64,000 nt of DNA, taken from Octopus vulgaris (taxonomy: Eukaryota). Numbering within the stretch: the first letter of the stretch is position 1; each line of letters begins with the position of its first letter. Of this stretch, positions 12,750 to 27,302 are shown piece after piece. The DNA lies in the NCBI GenBank assembly GCA_951406725.2, contig OX597814.1, positions 98,952,001 through 99,016,000 on the forward strand, in the 5' to 3' direction. Made by a program: the position numbers and the translations under genes. The notes below the pieces were generated by a model. It did no database searches and was not told the origin of the DNA. It saw only the letters and a program-made list of their open reading frames with translations.

Positions 12750-13892
12750 GTATGTATGTGTGTATGTATGTATGTGTAAATATTTCTGTAAGATATGTAA
12801 TTATCAATAACAAAACACACTAAAGCAGGTGCATTCGGATGAGGAAACTCTGAAGACATTAATTTCACCTGAATTACACAAGACAATCCCTTCGGAAACA
12901 TTCACTCTCTTACTTGAAAGATACAACTAACGACAAGAAAAATATAATATAATTTGCAAACTAAAATATGATAAAATAAAATAACTCAGCAACAGGAAGA
13001 ACAACGATAAACACAATACACTAAAATAACTTGAGAAACAACAGAAAATGGCGGCAAGCGAGCCAACATGGTTGTCTGTATTGTGGTGGTGTTGTGGTTA
13101 TTTTTGTTGTTTAGCCTGAGACCAATTTTCATCGAGTTTTCACCTAATGAAAAGCATCAAAACAATGACAATCTAAACATTGTTATTTTGATGTAGTGTA
13201 TTTAAAATCTCATTATTCAATGTGCTAATTTTTAAGACTGTAGGTTATGATTTAAAAAAATAAGTAGACGGTTGTAATATGTAGCTGCTGTTTCTAGCAT
13301 GTTCAGTGACCATGTACAGGCTTCCATTGAACTTACTAAAAATAAAAATGTAATATCTTTTAAGTCAGGCCTTGCCGTCTGGTTTTTTTTTAAAAAGGAA
13401 AAACACATTGGATGATGTACTGTACTTGATGGCTTATAAGACACACCTCAATTACGGCAAGCCTTTGCTTAAAACAAAAAGGCAAAAATTAAAATACTGT
13501 TTTCGCCTTTTCCACTATCAAGTCATTTTCAAGTTCGACATATTCAGATACTTATGAAATCTCATTTCCAAAAATAAAACAGTTAACCCCTTCATTAATA
13601 TATTTCTAATTACAACACTTCCAATCTGTTTTAATTAAATTTTGAAAATAACTCAGAATTTAAACCTGTTTTAATAACAATTATAGCTATTTATTTATCG
13701 ATATATTGTATTGGAAATTGACGCATAAATTATCAAAACTTTATTATATAAAAGTATTATGGATTTCTTTTTTTGTCGTAAAACTATTTTAATAAGATAT
13801 AAATATAAATAAAATGTGAAATATAAAGTTACTTAGGTCTTGTATAAATTTCATTTTATAAACGTTGTTAATCAATACTTTATATAAAAAGT

Positions 13893-14230
13893 AGTGAGCT
13901 GGCAAGCCGTCAGAATGATTAGCACGCCGGACTAATTGCTTAGCGGCATTTCACCCGTCTTTACGTTCCGAGTTTAGATTCCGCTGAGGTCGACTTTGCC
14001 TTTCGTCACTTAGGAGTCGATAAAACAAGTAGCAGTTGAGCACTGTGGTCGATGTAATCGATTTGCTTCCTCCCTCGAAATTACTAGCCTTTTGCTATAA
14101 TTTGAAACAAAATAAAATTCCGCCGAGATCGACTTTGCTTTTCAGCCTTTCGGGGTCGATAAAATAAGTACCAGTTGAACACTGAGGTCGAAGTAATCAA
14201 CTTTCCCTATCCCCCTAATTTGCTGGCCAT
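13893..14230 (+). mobile_element. Family C SINE plus a second partial unit
   Basis: gagctggcaa...ttagcacgccgg...gaggtcgactttgcctttcg, then a second unit aattccgccgagatcgactttgc...taagtaccag. Confidence 0.85.
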
Positions 14231-14808
14231 AGCTTATTCAATGCCCATTATTTAATTCATGACAAAATGGCCTAATTTCTTAAGCTTGTCCTTTTTTCTA
14301 TATTTTTGTTTTGCAGCACGATTTATCTCCGCCGTTATTCTGTGGAACGCATAAATGGAAATAAACAAAAGTAAATAGTCAATGGGTCAGAGACAAAAGA
14401 ACGATTCATTGACCCGCGTCAGTAATCGAATCGCAGTTGGTGCGACAAAAATTTCGACACCAAATAATACATGTTTAGGTGAAGCTAACAGTCTTTTTGT
14501 GTTTTTGAATGGCTAATTTGTTTCTTCTGTGCTATAAATATTTTTAAAGTTTACACTCTAATTTCTGGACACTATAACTTGCATATTACAACCTAAAATT
14601 GTTTATATTACTCAGAAATTGAAGCCACCGGTTCAAAGCTCAACACGTGTTATTACTTGTAACCTATAAGCAATTGTGTAGGCATGTCTTCATTGTGTTG
14701 GTGTAATGGCATTTGAAACTATCGAAGTTGTATGAGTGTTCAGCCAATTGTAGATCATTTATGCCTAATAATTAATCAACAAACATCGTTGTTTGCACTC
14801 TGTATAGC

Positions 14809-15484
14809 GAGATCTGAAACTATAATTTGCATATTTACTCTTAATATGGTCTTGCAGATTCGAACGTAAATATGCTAGTCACTGTTTTGTACGTCACAGG
14901 AGACAAACCTCTCTGTATGACCCCAGCGTATTCATAACGCACTCTGCTTATTGGTTCAAGAGTCTCTGGGACACCAGTATTTCGATATAGTGTGTCTTGT
15001 CAGCAAGAAATAACCAGATCTTTGACCATAACCAAGCCGGCGCTTTTGTTTATAATTTCAGGGAGCAAGCTGCTGACTGATCAGTGCTGATATTTACCAA
15101 GCGATAAAAAAATCATTATTTGCATTGTGAGGAGCGAGATCCGAAATGATGGTCTGCATATTTACTCTTAATACGTCTCGATATATTCGAACACAAATAT
15201 GTTAGTCACTGTTGTGTCAGCAGATATCAGCACTGATCTGTAAACACTTCGCTGTAATTATAAATAAAGCCACCGAGTACTTCTGGCTGACGAGACTCAA
15301 CATGTCGAAATACTGGTGTTCCCGAGTCCTTTCTATCAATGAGCCGAGTGTGTTATGAACACGTTGGTGTCGTAAAAAGGAGAATTTTTCCCTCTGTGAT
15401 GCATAAAACAGCGACTAGCATATTTGCATTCTGATCTGCAAGAACATATTTAAGAATAAATATGTAAATCTCCGTTTCAGATCT
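14809..15484. repeat. Old diverged inverted repeat (arms ~14809-15094 and ~15224-15484) with a third partial copy between them
   Basis: Collinear reverse-complement blocks: agatctgaaac/gtttcagatct, aatatgctagtc/gactagcatatt, acaccagtatttcga/tcgaaatactggtgt, gatcagtgctgatat/atatcagcactgatc. Confidence 0.8.
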
Positions 15485-15877
15485 TCCCATAGATTGAAAC
15501 ATCATTAACAGCAGTAGTAACAGAGATATCAATAAAAGAAGTAGCAACAGGAAAAACTGATTATAAAAGGAAATGACTCAGTCATTTTGACTGGAAGCAT
15601 TAGCGTATATAATACGTTTTAAGTCATGAAATGATTTGGGTTACAGAAATAGAACATTTTTGGGAGAATCACAACAAAGCTCTATATACTATATTTGGTC
15701 CTAAGACGCTGTAATTATCCATGGAGCTAGGAGCCCAACCGTTCGATAGCATAGTTAACTGCGTGAAAGCAAGTGTATGCGTAAAGATGGACTGTATGTT
15801 TTGGCATTCAGCCGTTGGTAACTCAGCATATATCCAATAATGTGATTAGAACACTATGTAATGTCTTTAAATAACTT

Positions 15878-16425
15878 CCATCGATCAAAAGAGCGATCTA
15901 TCCATCGATCCATCCACCGATCGATCCATCCATCCACCGATTGATCCATCTATCCACTGATCGATCCATCCATCAATTTAACCAACCAGCCAACCATCTT
16001 TTCTGCTCACTATTCCTGCAAAGGTTCTTCGAGTAGAGTATTCTGGTACTTCATCCACGGACCCCTATCAATGGCAACCGTCACTAGATTTTTCCCACGC
16101 GTGATTACCAAGCGTGATCGAATGAGGCGTTGGATGTCTCCAAGTATCTTGTTCTTGGTCTACCTTCTTGGTCTCCTGCCGGTCGGCTCAGCTGGAGTAT
16201 CCGTCATGCGATTCTTTTCCGTGACATTTAAATCACATGTCCGTGGCCTCAATGCGCAGACGTAGTGGATTGACCTGGAGAAACTCCCTGATTTCCGAGC
16301 TAGGTATCTTGTCGAGTAACGTTACTTTAGAGGAACATCGCTTCGGCCGCTTGTGTTCGCTATCATACTTTCTCGGTCATTACCAAACATCCATGTCTAT
16401 AGATGGGCATAGGTACGAAAACTGA
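15878..16425 (-). mobile_element. RTE-clade (Expander/Rex3-like) LINE 3' fragment with a (GGAT)n-like tail
   Basis: Minus remnants FVPMPIYRHGCLVMTEKV..RTQAAEAMFL, VTLLDKIPSSEIREFLQVNPLRLRIE and PTGRRPR/GRPRTR. Tail ccatccatcc at 15878-15995. Confidence 0.8.
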
Positions 16426-16667
16426 ATAGAACCGAATTTACTTAACTCCACAAATTCCATAAATATATTTATAAATGCAATATCAATATTAACTAACTGA
16501 TACCAAGAACACTAACACTGCAAGAAAAACAATAATGGATATTCTATCGGAATTAGCATCCAAGACAAATGAAAACTTTGATATTTTGTTAGATTAGATA
16601 TAAGTCGTTTGTGTCTGTGTGTGATGCATATGAGCGTCCATATGACCATATGGATGTGCTTGTGTGA

Positions 16668-16726
<59 letters not shown>

Positions 16727-17190
16727 TGTATGTATATATGTATGTTCGTAGGTGTGTGATGTGTGTTAGTGTATTTAGAAACCGAAAAATAGGAAGGGTA
16801 GGAGAAGCAGAAAGGTGTGTGGTTGGCAGCTGGAAGGAATTGAGATGCATAACTAAAACGGAAGAAACTGACGACAAAACATAGATACCCTGATATGGTA
16901 TAATATAGAAAGGAACGACGGTTACTATAAGAAGTAAAAAAGGAAGTGATAAATAAAGGGCGAAAGATAGAGGAGTAGAGACGAAGAGAGAAAGAGCGAG
17001 GAAAAGAGAGAGGGGGAGGATAAACGAGTAACAAACGTAGAGAGAGGAAATACGTTTTTGCCGAGAGACAGTTATTCATAAAAGAAGATACCTACGTTAC
17101 TTCTGAGAGAGAGAGAGAAAGAGAGAGAGAGTGAGAGAGAGCGTGTCGAGAAAGAAAATCAGGAAACTATGAGTGTAACACACATACATT

Positions 17191-17237
<47 letters not shown>

Positions 17238-17248
17238 ATATATATATG

Positions 17249-17315
<67 letters not shown>

Positions 17316-18299
17316 GTATATGTATATATATATATGTGTGTGTGTATGTGCATATATATATGTGTATATATACGTATGCATATGTATGTCTCTCTCTCTA
17401 CGTATGTATATATGTATATGTATGCATATGTATCTTTCTCCCTCTCTTTCTTTCCTTCTCTCTCTCCCTCTCTCTCTATATATATCAAGAGCGTGTGAGA
17501 GAGAGGGGGAGACTAATAAAAGAATCTATATTAAGTCAATTCAATTTATTTGCCTGACAATAAATATTTATATGATAATTTAGAGCAACTTGAAAATGCA
17601 TGAGTGCTATAAAAATTTTAAAATAAAATAATATATTAAAACATTATTTATCCTCTAGTTTTAATTTCCTTCAATCGTATGAACCTCCATGTTTTGCCGA
17701 CTAATCTGTATTCTATACTGCTTAGTTAAGAGAAAATTTATCGTAAATATGCATCTCGAATGATCGTTAACACCTACATACTTTATATTAATTTTTATTG
17801 ACATGGAAAAGCCTAAATATGCTTACTTTTATCTAAATATACGTAAATGCTACAGACACCAAATCAACATAACGATATTGTTTTATTTACTGTTGTAAAG
17901 CAGTATTTTATCGTCTGCTATTTCCATTTGATTACAAGAGGTTATTATTAACATAAATGCTTATTTATTCAGATGATACGTTTAGGAATATTCATAACAA
18001 CTAAATAAGGAATAGAAAAACGTGAAGTGTTAACAGAAAATGATATACCGAATAAAGTTATTATAGGATACATAACTGCACAAGCAGCACACTGTATCAT
18101 GTGACCAGATGGAATGGATAAACATCGTATCACGTAAAGAGCAGCCTACTGAAGAAATAAAACGTCATTTTGTTTGTCTCATCCTATATTCTTATATATT
18201 GCCACTGTTTAATTTATTTTAATGTGTTTATAGCTAAAATAGAGAAGGAAAGGCAGCGCCCAATATGCATTCAGGGGCTTCTACTCTGGTGGGAAGGAG

Positions 18300-18780
18300 A
18301 GAATGTTTTAACCACTTATCTTGTCATTTAAACCAATAATGGGGAAGGAGACAATAACTCTCATCGAATGGAAACTGGAAGTGCTGATGAGATTCATAAA
18401 TTTGGTTAAGTAAAGAAACAAAAGGAAAATTGTTAGCACTCACTGGTGTGGGGTGTATGTATACATATAGGTAAACAATAGAACCAGCCTAAACTAGAAA
18501 GTTAAAATAAGCATTAACTTTCCATAATGAGAATTCCAATGAAGGACAATCAGGCAATACCAATGTATGGTATAATACAAACAACAAGATCACGTTAAAC
18601 CGAGAAGCTAAGTTTAACCTGACCAAAATGAAGGATAACTTAGAAGAACGGGGTCACAACATACGAAGGATTCACAAACAACGAGCATATCAAACATATA
18701 CTCCTATCATCAGCTGCCTAACGGATATCACTATGGTTTCGACACCTGAGAGTACCATTCAATACAGCAGTTTTCAACAG
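18300..18780 (+). mobile_element. Possible decayed Penelope-like RT thumb fragment
   Basis: Remnant EAKFNLTKMKDNLEERGHNIRRIH resembles the PLE motif E...L..l...f..rGYp...I. Otherwise heavily degraded. Confidence 0.3.
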
Positions 18781-18890
18781 CACTAAGCGCATAAAGGCAG
18801 CCTGTTAATTAAATGATAAAAAAGTAGGAGCGTGACAGCAGCGCAATAGGTTCATTACGTCAACGGCCGCTTATTATTACAAATGCAAAC

Positions 18891-19640
18891 ATTCATTCAT
18901 TCATTCATTCGGTTATCATTGTGCTGTGTGACACTTGAGGCGACAGCAAGATCATTTCACCTTCTAACACTGAAAGCGTCCTTGACAATTTGTTCCATTG
19001 TTAACCCTCTGTTTTTTGGTCGGCCGCGTCTTCTTTTACATTGTGGAAACTATTGGAAAGCGATCCTGACAATTGAGTTTGGTTTATAGCGACAAACACG
19101 ACCCTGTCATTCCCATCTCCTTGCTTCAATAGTTTCTCTTATTGAGTTCATTTTAGCCTTGGTGTGTAGTTGACTATTCGAGATCATATTCGGCCAGTAG
19201 ACCTTCATTGTTTTTCGTAAATATCTATTTTGAAACACTCTCGATTCCTTTTCAATACTTTTGGTTGTTTTCCAACATTCGGATCCATGGAGGAATATGC
19301 TAAGTATGTTACTTTTGTAAAATCGTATTTTGGTGTTCTTGCTGAGTATTAATGATTTCCATATTGAGCTTAACGTACCGAATGATTGGGTGGCTTTCCT
19401 GAGTTTTGAATTTATTTCACGAATGCAGTCTCCATTCATTATTTTGGTGCCTAGATAGTTAAATTCATGAACATTTGCAATTGGTTTGTCATTCAAAGTT
19501 ACATGGTCAGCATCTGTTATATTTTTACAAAGTGTGTACGTTTCCTTCTCGTGGATTTTGAGGCCTATGTTGTTGTGTACTTGACTAAGTCTTTCAGATT
19601 TGTCTTGTAACGCTTGATGCGTGTATGAGAATTAACAAAT
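18891..19640 (-). mobile_element. RTE-clade LINE 3' fragment (RT C-terminal part) with a (TGAA)n tail
   Basis: ORF 19107-19496 reads VHEFNYLG..I...G...REI...LRKA..SF..L..IWKS..LS..TKIRFYKSNILS..LHGSECW. Downstream KRRRGRPK; tail ttcattcattcattc at 18891-18910. Confidence 0.9.
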
Positions 19641-19950
19641 GTCGTGTATAAGAACAAACAAATACAAATATCCAATTTCAAACATAAATTGTTTCATACC
19701 TATAGCTACGAAGAACAGAAATTAAAAAAAATACTTAGTGTAGACCAAAATATCTCCTCTCGGCACGAAAAAAAAAAAAGAAGATATTGCTGCTTCAAAA
19801 ATTGTAGAATTTATACTGCACTTGCAAAATAAATGTATGTATGTATATTTGTACGTATATATGATGGTATACGTATATATGTATGTATGTATATATGTAT
19901 GTATGAATATATATATACACACATATATGCATATACGTACATGAATACAT

Positions 19951-19982
<32 letters not shown>

Positions 19983-20971
19983 AGTGTGTGTGTGTGTGTA
20001 TAAGCATTAATATATATATATATATAAATATACATAAAAATATGAAAATATAACTGTATGAGTATGATTGCCTAATTTGAGTTTATATCTTAATTCTTAT
20101 CTTTTTGAACGTTGAAGTTTTACAAATTTTAACAGTGTAGAGTGGAAATATTCAAACATCGAGACAGTATTTCATTCGACAATAAAAAATGGCTTACTTG
20201 TAAATGCTATCATCGCTGTATACAAAATAAAAGTAGAAAGAAAATAATGGAAGTGGAGTGAATGAAAGTTTTTCTTTCTTATTTCAGAGTTATAGAAAAG
20301 AAATATAAGAAGAGGAAAACAAAATACATGATCAAAATCTTGAGTAGAATGTAAAATGTAGATGTGGAGTGTAGCCAAATGGTGTTGTAGGGAAAAGACA
20401 AAAGCGTAAAAGTATAAAATAATTAAAGCCGTCGGAGTGGTGCGTTGAGCAAATATTAAAATAGAGACAGTTCCTTTGCATGAAGGAGATGAATAAGAAA
20501 AGGTGTTAGGCAAAAGACAGCGAAGAAAATTACGAAGAACATATTTCGAAGCGTGGAAGATAAAAGTCTGATGTCTTTTATTTAATGTGGGCAGGTCTTG
20601 GGCTAAAGAGAAGGATGCTCTATGAACCTTGTTGGTGACGTACCGCGTGCTATACGATGCTCCATTCTATTTAAAACACAGTCAAAGTTGATACATTCAA
20701 AAGTGAATCATAGATGGAAAATATGTAGAAAATCATTTGTCTGGATAGGTTAGGTATGCTGCTTAAAGCATAACTTCAATTTGCTCCCAGTCAATTCAAT
20801 ACAAGTTTTAAGAACAGTGTTGTTTTCTATCTGCATTTTAGTATGATAAACGAACATTTTTTATAGGTAATTACATTCACTGGACGGTTGTTCGAGGCAA
20901 TACTGCTACAGATAAATAGAGATAAGATTTTATTGTTGTAATATAAAAAGATAACTTTAAATTTGCATTCG

Positions 20972-21031
<60 letters not shown>

Positions 21032-21451
21032 ACACATATAATATTAATACAAACAGCAGTTTGCAATGTTTCACCAAAAAGGAGAATTACAAATGTCACT
21101 AAACGTGACTAAGGTGTTAGGAAATATCTACATTGCTAGAAATAAGAGCTAAGCACTCTAATGCTGTAGTTAATGCACAAGAATGAAAAAAATATACACT
21201 AATAGGGACCATAATCGTCTGAAAAGTGCCGATTGGGAATTCTTAATACTGACGCGTCAGATTCCGCAATTTCCTTTGCTTCATCAGTTAAGACTGCTTG
21301 ACCGCTCGGCTCTTTCTGGCCTCGGTTCACCATTAGTATTTATGTTTTCGTCATCCAAATGGAAGATTTTGCGATTCGCTAATGTGTATATATATAATTA
21401 ATATAAACAAACAGCAGCTTGCAATGTTTAACTATATATATATAGTATATA

Positions 21452-21509
<58 letters not shown>

Positions 21510-21605
21510 ATAAAACGGTAAGATAACAAAAGAAAGAAAAAGACCTCAATATTATGTAATTTCCCTTTATTTAACGGTATTTTTTCATAGCGTTTTCAAA
21601 TAGCC

Positions 21606-21668
21606 AGATAACCGAAGAGATGGTGTTGTGGATTTCCACTTCGGCATCTGAAACTCAGAGTTTTATTT
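21606..21668 (+). ncRNA. Minimal hammerhead-like motif (U4C core)
   Basis: ataa-CCGAAGA-gatg[..gtgga tt tccac..]catc-t-GAAA-ctcagag-TT-ttat. Stem I ataa/ttat; the stem II register is off by 1 nt. Confidence 0.65.
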
Positions 21669-21693
21669 TGACTACCGAGTAATGTAACATATT

Positions 21694-21731
<38 letters not shown>

Positions 21732-21825
21732 GGAGTAAACACATAAATGTGAAACAAGGTGGAAAAAGGAATACTCAAATACCAGTGGTAGAGTAATATG
21801 CTTTATTTAAAGCAGCAGAAAATTC

Positions 21826-21873
21826 AAAACCTGTTACTCTGAGTTTCCCGTTGCCGTTCATCGGACAGTTTTT
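21826..21873 (-). ncRNA. Minimal hammerhead-like motif (U4C core)
   Basis: Sense: ctgt-CCGATGA-a-cg-gcaa-cg-g-GAAA-ctcagag-TA-acag. Stem I ctgt/acag, short stem II with a GNRA loop, quasi-palindromic stem III ACTC-A-GAGT. Confidence 0.75.
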
Positions 21874-21941
21874 GCTATATATATTTGTGTGTGTGTGCGC
21901 TTGTGTGCGCGTGTGTGTTTGTGCGTGTATGTGTGTTTCAC

Positions 21942-21972
<31 letters not shown>

Positions 21973-22099
21973 ATGCACACACACGCACACATATATATTT
22001 ATATGTATTTGTATGCATATATAATCAATTTATGCATTTGACACAGCATTAGATTAAAATAACAGTGTATATAAGATTTATAACGTATACTGAAATGTG

Positions 22100-24000
22100 T
22101 TATGACGCCAGAATAAATATGGTGCTTCACAATAAAATCGAAGACTGGTTCAATGCATATAACCATCTTCCAGCGCAGATTTCCGAGCGTGTAGCGGACT
22201 ATTCTTGCATAAAAACTCCGTTTTGCACAGTTCACTGATAGTTGTAAAGACTTTTATGAGGGTCTGAAAATGGTGTATTGCTTTTCGTACTATGATCGAC
22301 ATTTCTTGTAAATTGTATATGGATAGGTTCTCTTCATAGACAAAGGGTTTATTTTGAATTGAACATTTCAAGACTGGCGCCAGTTGTACCGACTATTCTT
22401 TAATGTTCAGAGAAAAATACAGAACTAGACCAGATTCCAACTTTACTTGAATCTTTCAGAGCCATGTGTTGCATAACTACTTAGAAATGTAACAAGAGTT
22501 GTTGGAGCGTAAGCAGAAATTTCGAAGTATTAGAAACCCGGTGCAACACACGAAGCTCGATGAGCTCTTTTCTGCTGGAAACCAGGTAAAGTACGACACA
22601 ATGTTTCTAATGTAGCCATTATCATCCTGTACAAGAACAAAGGGTAATATCCGACTATTTCAAGCACCGGGATATAACTTGATCTCTTTCGTAGAAAAAT
22701 CCATGCCAAAGTATTTGCCATTGCAAAAGAATACATTCCAGAAAGCCAATACCTGACGTGATATTTTTCAGTGAGCCTCAAATGAAATGTAGAGAACAGG
22801 ATAAATATTTGTTGGCCTGCTGCTCTAAGTGTCTGATCCTATGAACATGAAAGGTCTCTCCTCAAATTCCTTAATATGGCAATCCAGCTACACGAAATAA
22901 AAAAAAAGATAGAAACATGAGGATCAGAATAGCCAAGTCAGACATAATAACGAGCTATTCATAATGGAGAATTCGTGTAAAGCCAGGATGCGTTATTTGC
23001 CATTTTGTTCAACATGATTCACATAAAATTCACAAAAAAATCCTTGAGGAAGAGGATGCGTTCAACAGTTGATACCGTATCACTGATAACCTGTTCAACC
23101 GGAAGCAACTATAGTTCCACATTAAGATACCGGAGCAGCTCGTCTGTTACCAAGCTTTTTGGACACATTGTCATTTCAGCAGTCTATAGCATCCTATTAT
23201 GCTGAAACTGCCTAGAATTTTAGGCCAGAAATCAGGAAAAAGACAAGTCAACACACCAGGAAGATTTTTCATCACTTGTGAGACAAAGGGAGGAGAGAAC
23301 TCTATAGTTCAGCTCCAAGAGGTAACAAGGTATATAAAGAAGTTGAGGCCAGACTAAAGGCAATGGCAAAATGCACATCTGCACAAGTTAAGCCTGAAAC
23401 AGCAGAGAACGCATTAAGATGTTTGCTATTTCAAACATAGAGACCCCTATCTTGTACGGTTTCAAGATGTGGATTACCTATTGTCCCCAACTATAACATT
23501 TTTAGGGCTTCTACCGGTGCTAACTCCACATCATTCTCAACATTGACTGTAGTAACTGCGTTAATAATATTGAATTCCTAAAATAAACCGAATTAAATAA
23601 TGTATCAAGATTATAATGTTGAAGTCGTGCTGTGCTAGGTTTCACACGTTTCCAAAATGCTGTTAAGGATTCTGATATGTGGCGAACATTTCACTGACTA
23701 CTGGTGGAAGAAAGGCACCAAGAAAGAAATACAAAGACTCTGAAAAATGCTCTGGTGACCATCACAGTGACATTGCCAACTTTTTACCATAGTCTCCCAT
23801 CGCTAGGTATGGAAATGATCCAATAATCTGTCTCTCTTTCCTAGATGGAGAATGCCTGTAAGGCTGGCATTGAGGACAAAACGAAGAGTAGGGAAGACCG
23901 TGACTCAGTAAAATCGAACCCAGAATAGGATTTCTTTTGCAACCGCTACAGCTGGGCCAGCATGTCTCATAGTGACTACGTCAGGCAGCTGCAATTGATG
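22100..24000 (-). mobile_element. Very old CR1/L2-like LINE relic
   Basis: Weak remnants such as NCAKRSFYARIVR (3' end motif SFF.R.V) and HCVVLY...ELIELRVLHR, within a non-microsatellite block of coding-like composition. Confidence 0.35.
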
Positions 24001-24389
24001 TAGACTGTCCTCTTCAAGCATCTTCCTTCCCGAAACTAAGTGATGATAGAATGATATCCAAATTTCAGTTCGCATACGTGGTAGAGATACGTGTAATTAT
24101 GAACTGCTGTATGTTTAGATAAAAGAATATAAGAGGACACACAAGTATATATTTTGTATATGAGGGTACATATATGCGCTATGCTTGTGTAAGAGTGCGT
24201 GATTATATGGGTATATTCGTGTGAATGTGGATAGGTTTGTATGTTTGCGTGAGAGTGTGTATGTGTGTGTGTGTGTGCGTGTGTGCGCGTGTATGAAGAA
24301 ATATGCAGGAACAGCTAACATCAAGAATATTTACTACGACAAAAGATGGACTAAAATCATGATGACAATGATGATTAAAATGATGTTGG

Positions 24390-24496
24390 TGTCATGATGA
24401 TGATGATGCTGATGTTCATGATGCTGGCGACTATATTGATGATGATAGTAGTAATGTTGATAAGAACAAAAAATGACATTATTATTATTATTATTG

Positions 24497-24543
<47 letters not shown>

Positions 24544-24547
24544 GTAT

Positions 24548-24582
<35 letters not shown>

Positions 24583-24733
24583 TTGAAAAACAACCTACTA
24601 CTACTACTACTACTACTAATAATAATAATAATAATAATAATAATATTGATAATAATAACAACAATAATAATAATAATAATAACAATAATAATAATAAAAA
24701 TATTCCCAATAATAATAATAATAATAATAATAT

Positions 24734-24817
<84 letters not shown>

Positions 24818-24843
24818 GTAATAATGATAATAATAATAGTGAT
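24390..24843. repeat. Compound trinucleotide microsatellite with a fold-back centre at 24586-24590
   Basis: (TTA)n(TAG)n-ttg-aaaaa-caa-(CTA)n(TAA)n. Confidence 0.9.
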
Positions 24844-25142
24844 GGATAAATAAATAATGCTAATAAATAATGAAGGACTCTAGGTGTCATCTCTGCCCGA
24901 TGGCATGTTAAATTATAGAAAACATATTGAACGAAGTGTCTAGCAAGCGGATGAATTTCTCTGAAATAGAACAGCAACGAGATGAACATCCATTGCCATA
25001 ATGTCAATAAGAATAACAAATGCCGAAATAAGGTTTTCGGAAAAGAACATAATATATATACAAAAAGTAGAGAAGAGAAATTTAAATAAAAAAGTGAACG
25101 GAAACCCAAAAAGTTGTGTGGGAAATATAAAGTAAGCAATTC

Positions 25143-25875
<733 letters not shown>

Positions 25876-26447
25876 AAACCCATATTTATAATATATATTA
25901 CATTTATTTATTCGAAGCTGAAGCTTAGAGACACACACAATCGCAGTTATATTTTTATTTTATTTTTTACAATTGGTGGAAATGATCATAACACATCCAT
26001 TTGTCATTAACATGGCTTACGGCACAGAATTTTCTAAGACAAAAAAAAAATAAATAAAAACATGACGAACACATTAAACTCATATATATATGCATAGTCA
26101 CTCACAACAGTATACACATGCATACAATCATTCTCTCATGCACATATATATACCCCCACACATAGACACACACACACATACAAATGCACACACACGTATA
26201 TATTTATAGGCGCATAATTGTATATGTATATACACACACATGCTTTCATACAAACATACGTATATATATTCAAATATTTTATACATATTGAAAGTTAAAC
26301 TGAAATACTCTTAATATAATTGAACATACGTATGTGTGTATCTTGTATGTATGTATGCATGCATGCATGCATGCATGTATGTATGTACGTGTGTGTGTTT
26401 GTGTGTATGTGCGTGTGTGTGCGTGTGTGTGTGCGTATGTGTGTGCG

Positions 26448-26493
<46 letters not shown>

Positions 26494-26852
26494 AAGAAAA
26501 AAGACCCAGCTATATTAGCGAGATAACTATGCGAGATAAGTGTATGAAACACTCCATTTTGTCTGCAGTAATACATATAGAGAAAGAAATAGAAAAGCTA
26601 CCCAGTCTGAGAAGAATTCTTTAATGGTGCTTATAATACATAAACACACAAAACAGCACACACGCATATGTAAATATATAAACATGTATGTGTGTGCGTG
26701 TATTTATATATAGCATATGCATGTATATATAGTATATGTATGCATATACACATATACACATGCACAAATGAGCATACATATATGTACATATGTATACGCA
26801 TATATATAAATACGCGCGTGTGTGTGTATATGTATATATATACATACACACA

Positions 26853-26927
<75 letters not shown>

Positions 26928-27039
26928 TTCTGTATATATTCACGTCTGAAAAAAGATAAAATTTGTTCAAATTTCAGAAATGATAAGGGATAATTGTAGA
27001 AGAATACATACACTCGCACACACACAGATACACATGCAC

Positions 27040-27279
27040 ACACACACACACACACACACAGAGTGAGAGAGAGAGAGAGACAACAAAAACAAAACAAAAA
27101 ACCACTACGATATAAGTATTTTCTGAGATAATTCCAGTAGGACTGGAAAGAATTAAAATAAACTGACAAAAACGAATTAGTGAACAAAACAGTATATTCG
27201 AGCTGAGCTAAACGTGTTTGTGTAATTTGCATCAAAGACTGGATTAACCATTGAATTAGGCATCATTCACAACGGTGTT
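27040..27279 (+). repeat. Local direct duplication, copy 1 (copy 2 at 29705-29965)
   Basis: The non-microsatellite core ccactacgatataagtattttctgag...ccattgaattag is nearly identical in both copies (tattcgag vs tatccgag, plus a small indel near the end). Confidence 0.95.
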
Positions 27280-27302
27280 TCTTTTTATATTTTTAATATA
27301 TA

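Larger units (their letters stand above)
21508..21875. mobile_element. Two convergent Penelope-like terminal fragments separated by (TA)n
   Basis: The + fragment (to ~21697) and the - fragment (21730-21875) each carry a minimal hammerhead motif and are embedded in TA runs. Confidence 0.6.

Noticed and set aside
20420-20700. Minus-strand GIY-YIG C-terminal trace (LIFAQRT..DGFN); a similar weak PLE trace lies at ~10300-11000
   Set aside because: It needs frameshifts and rests on a few residues; too weak to call without a profile search.
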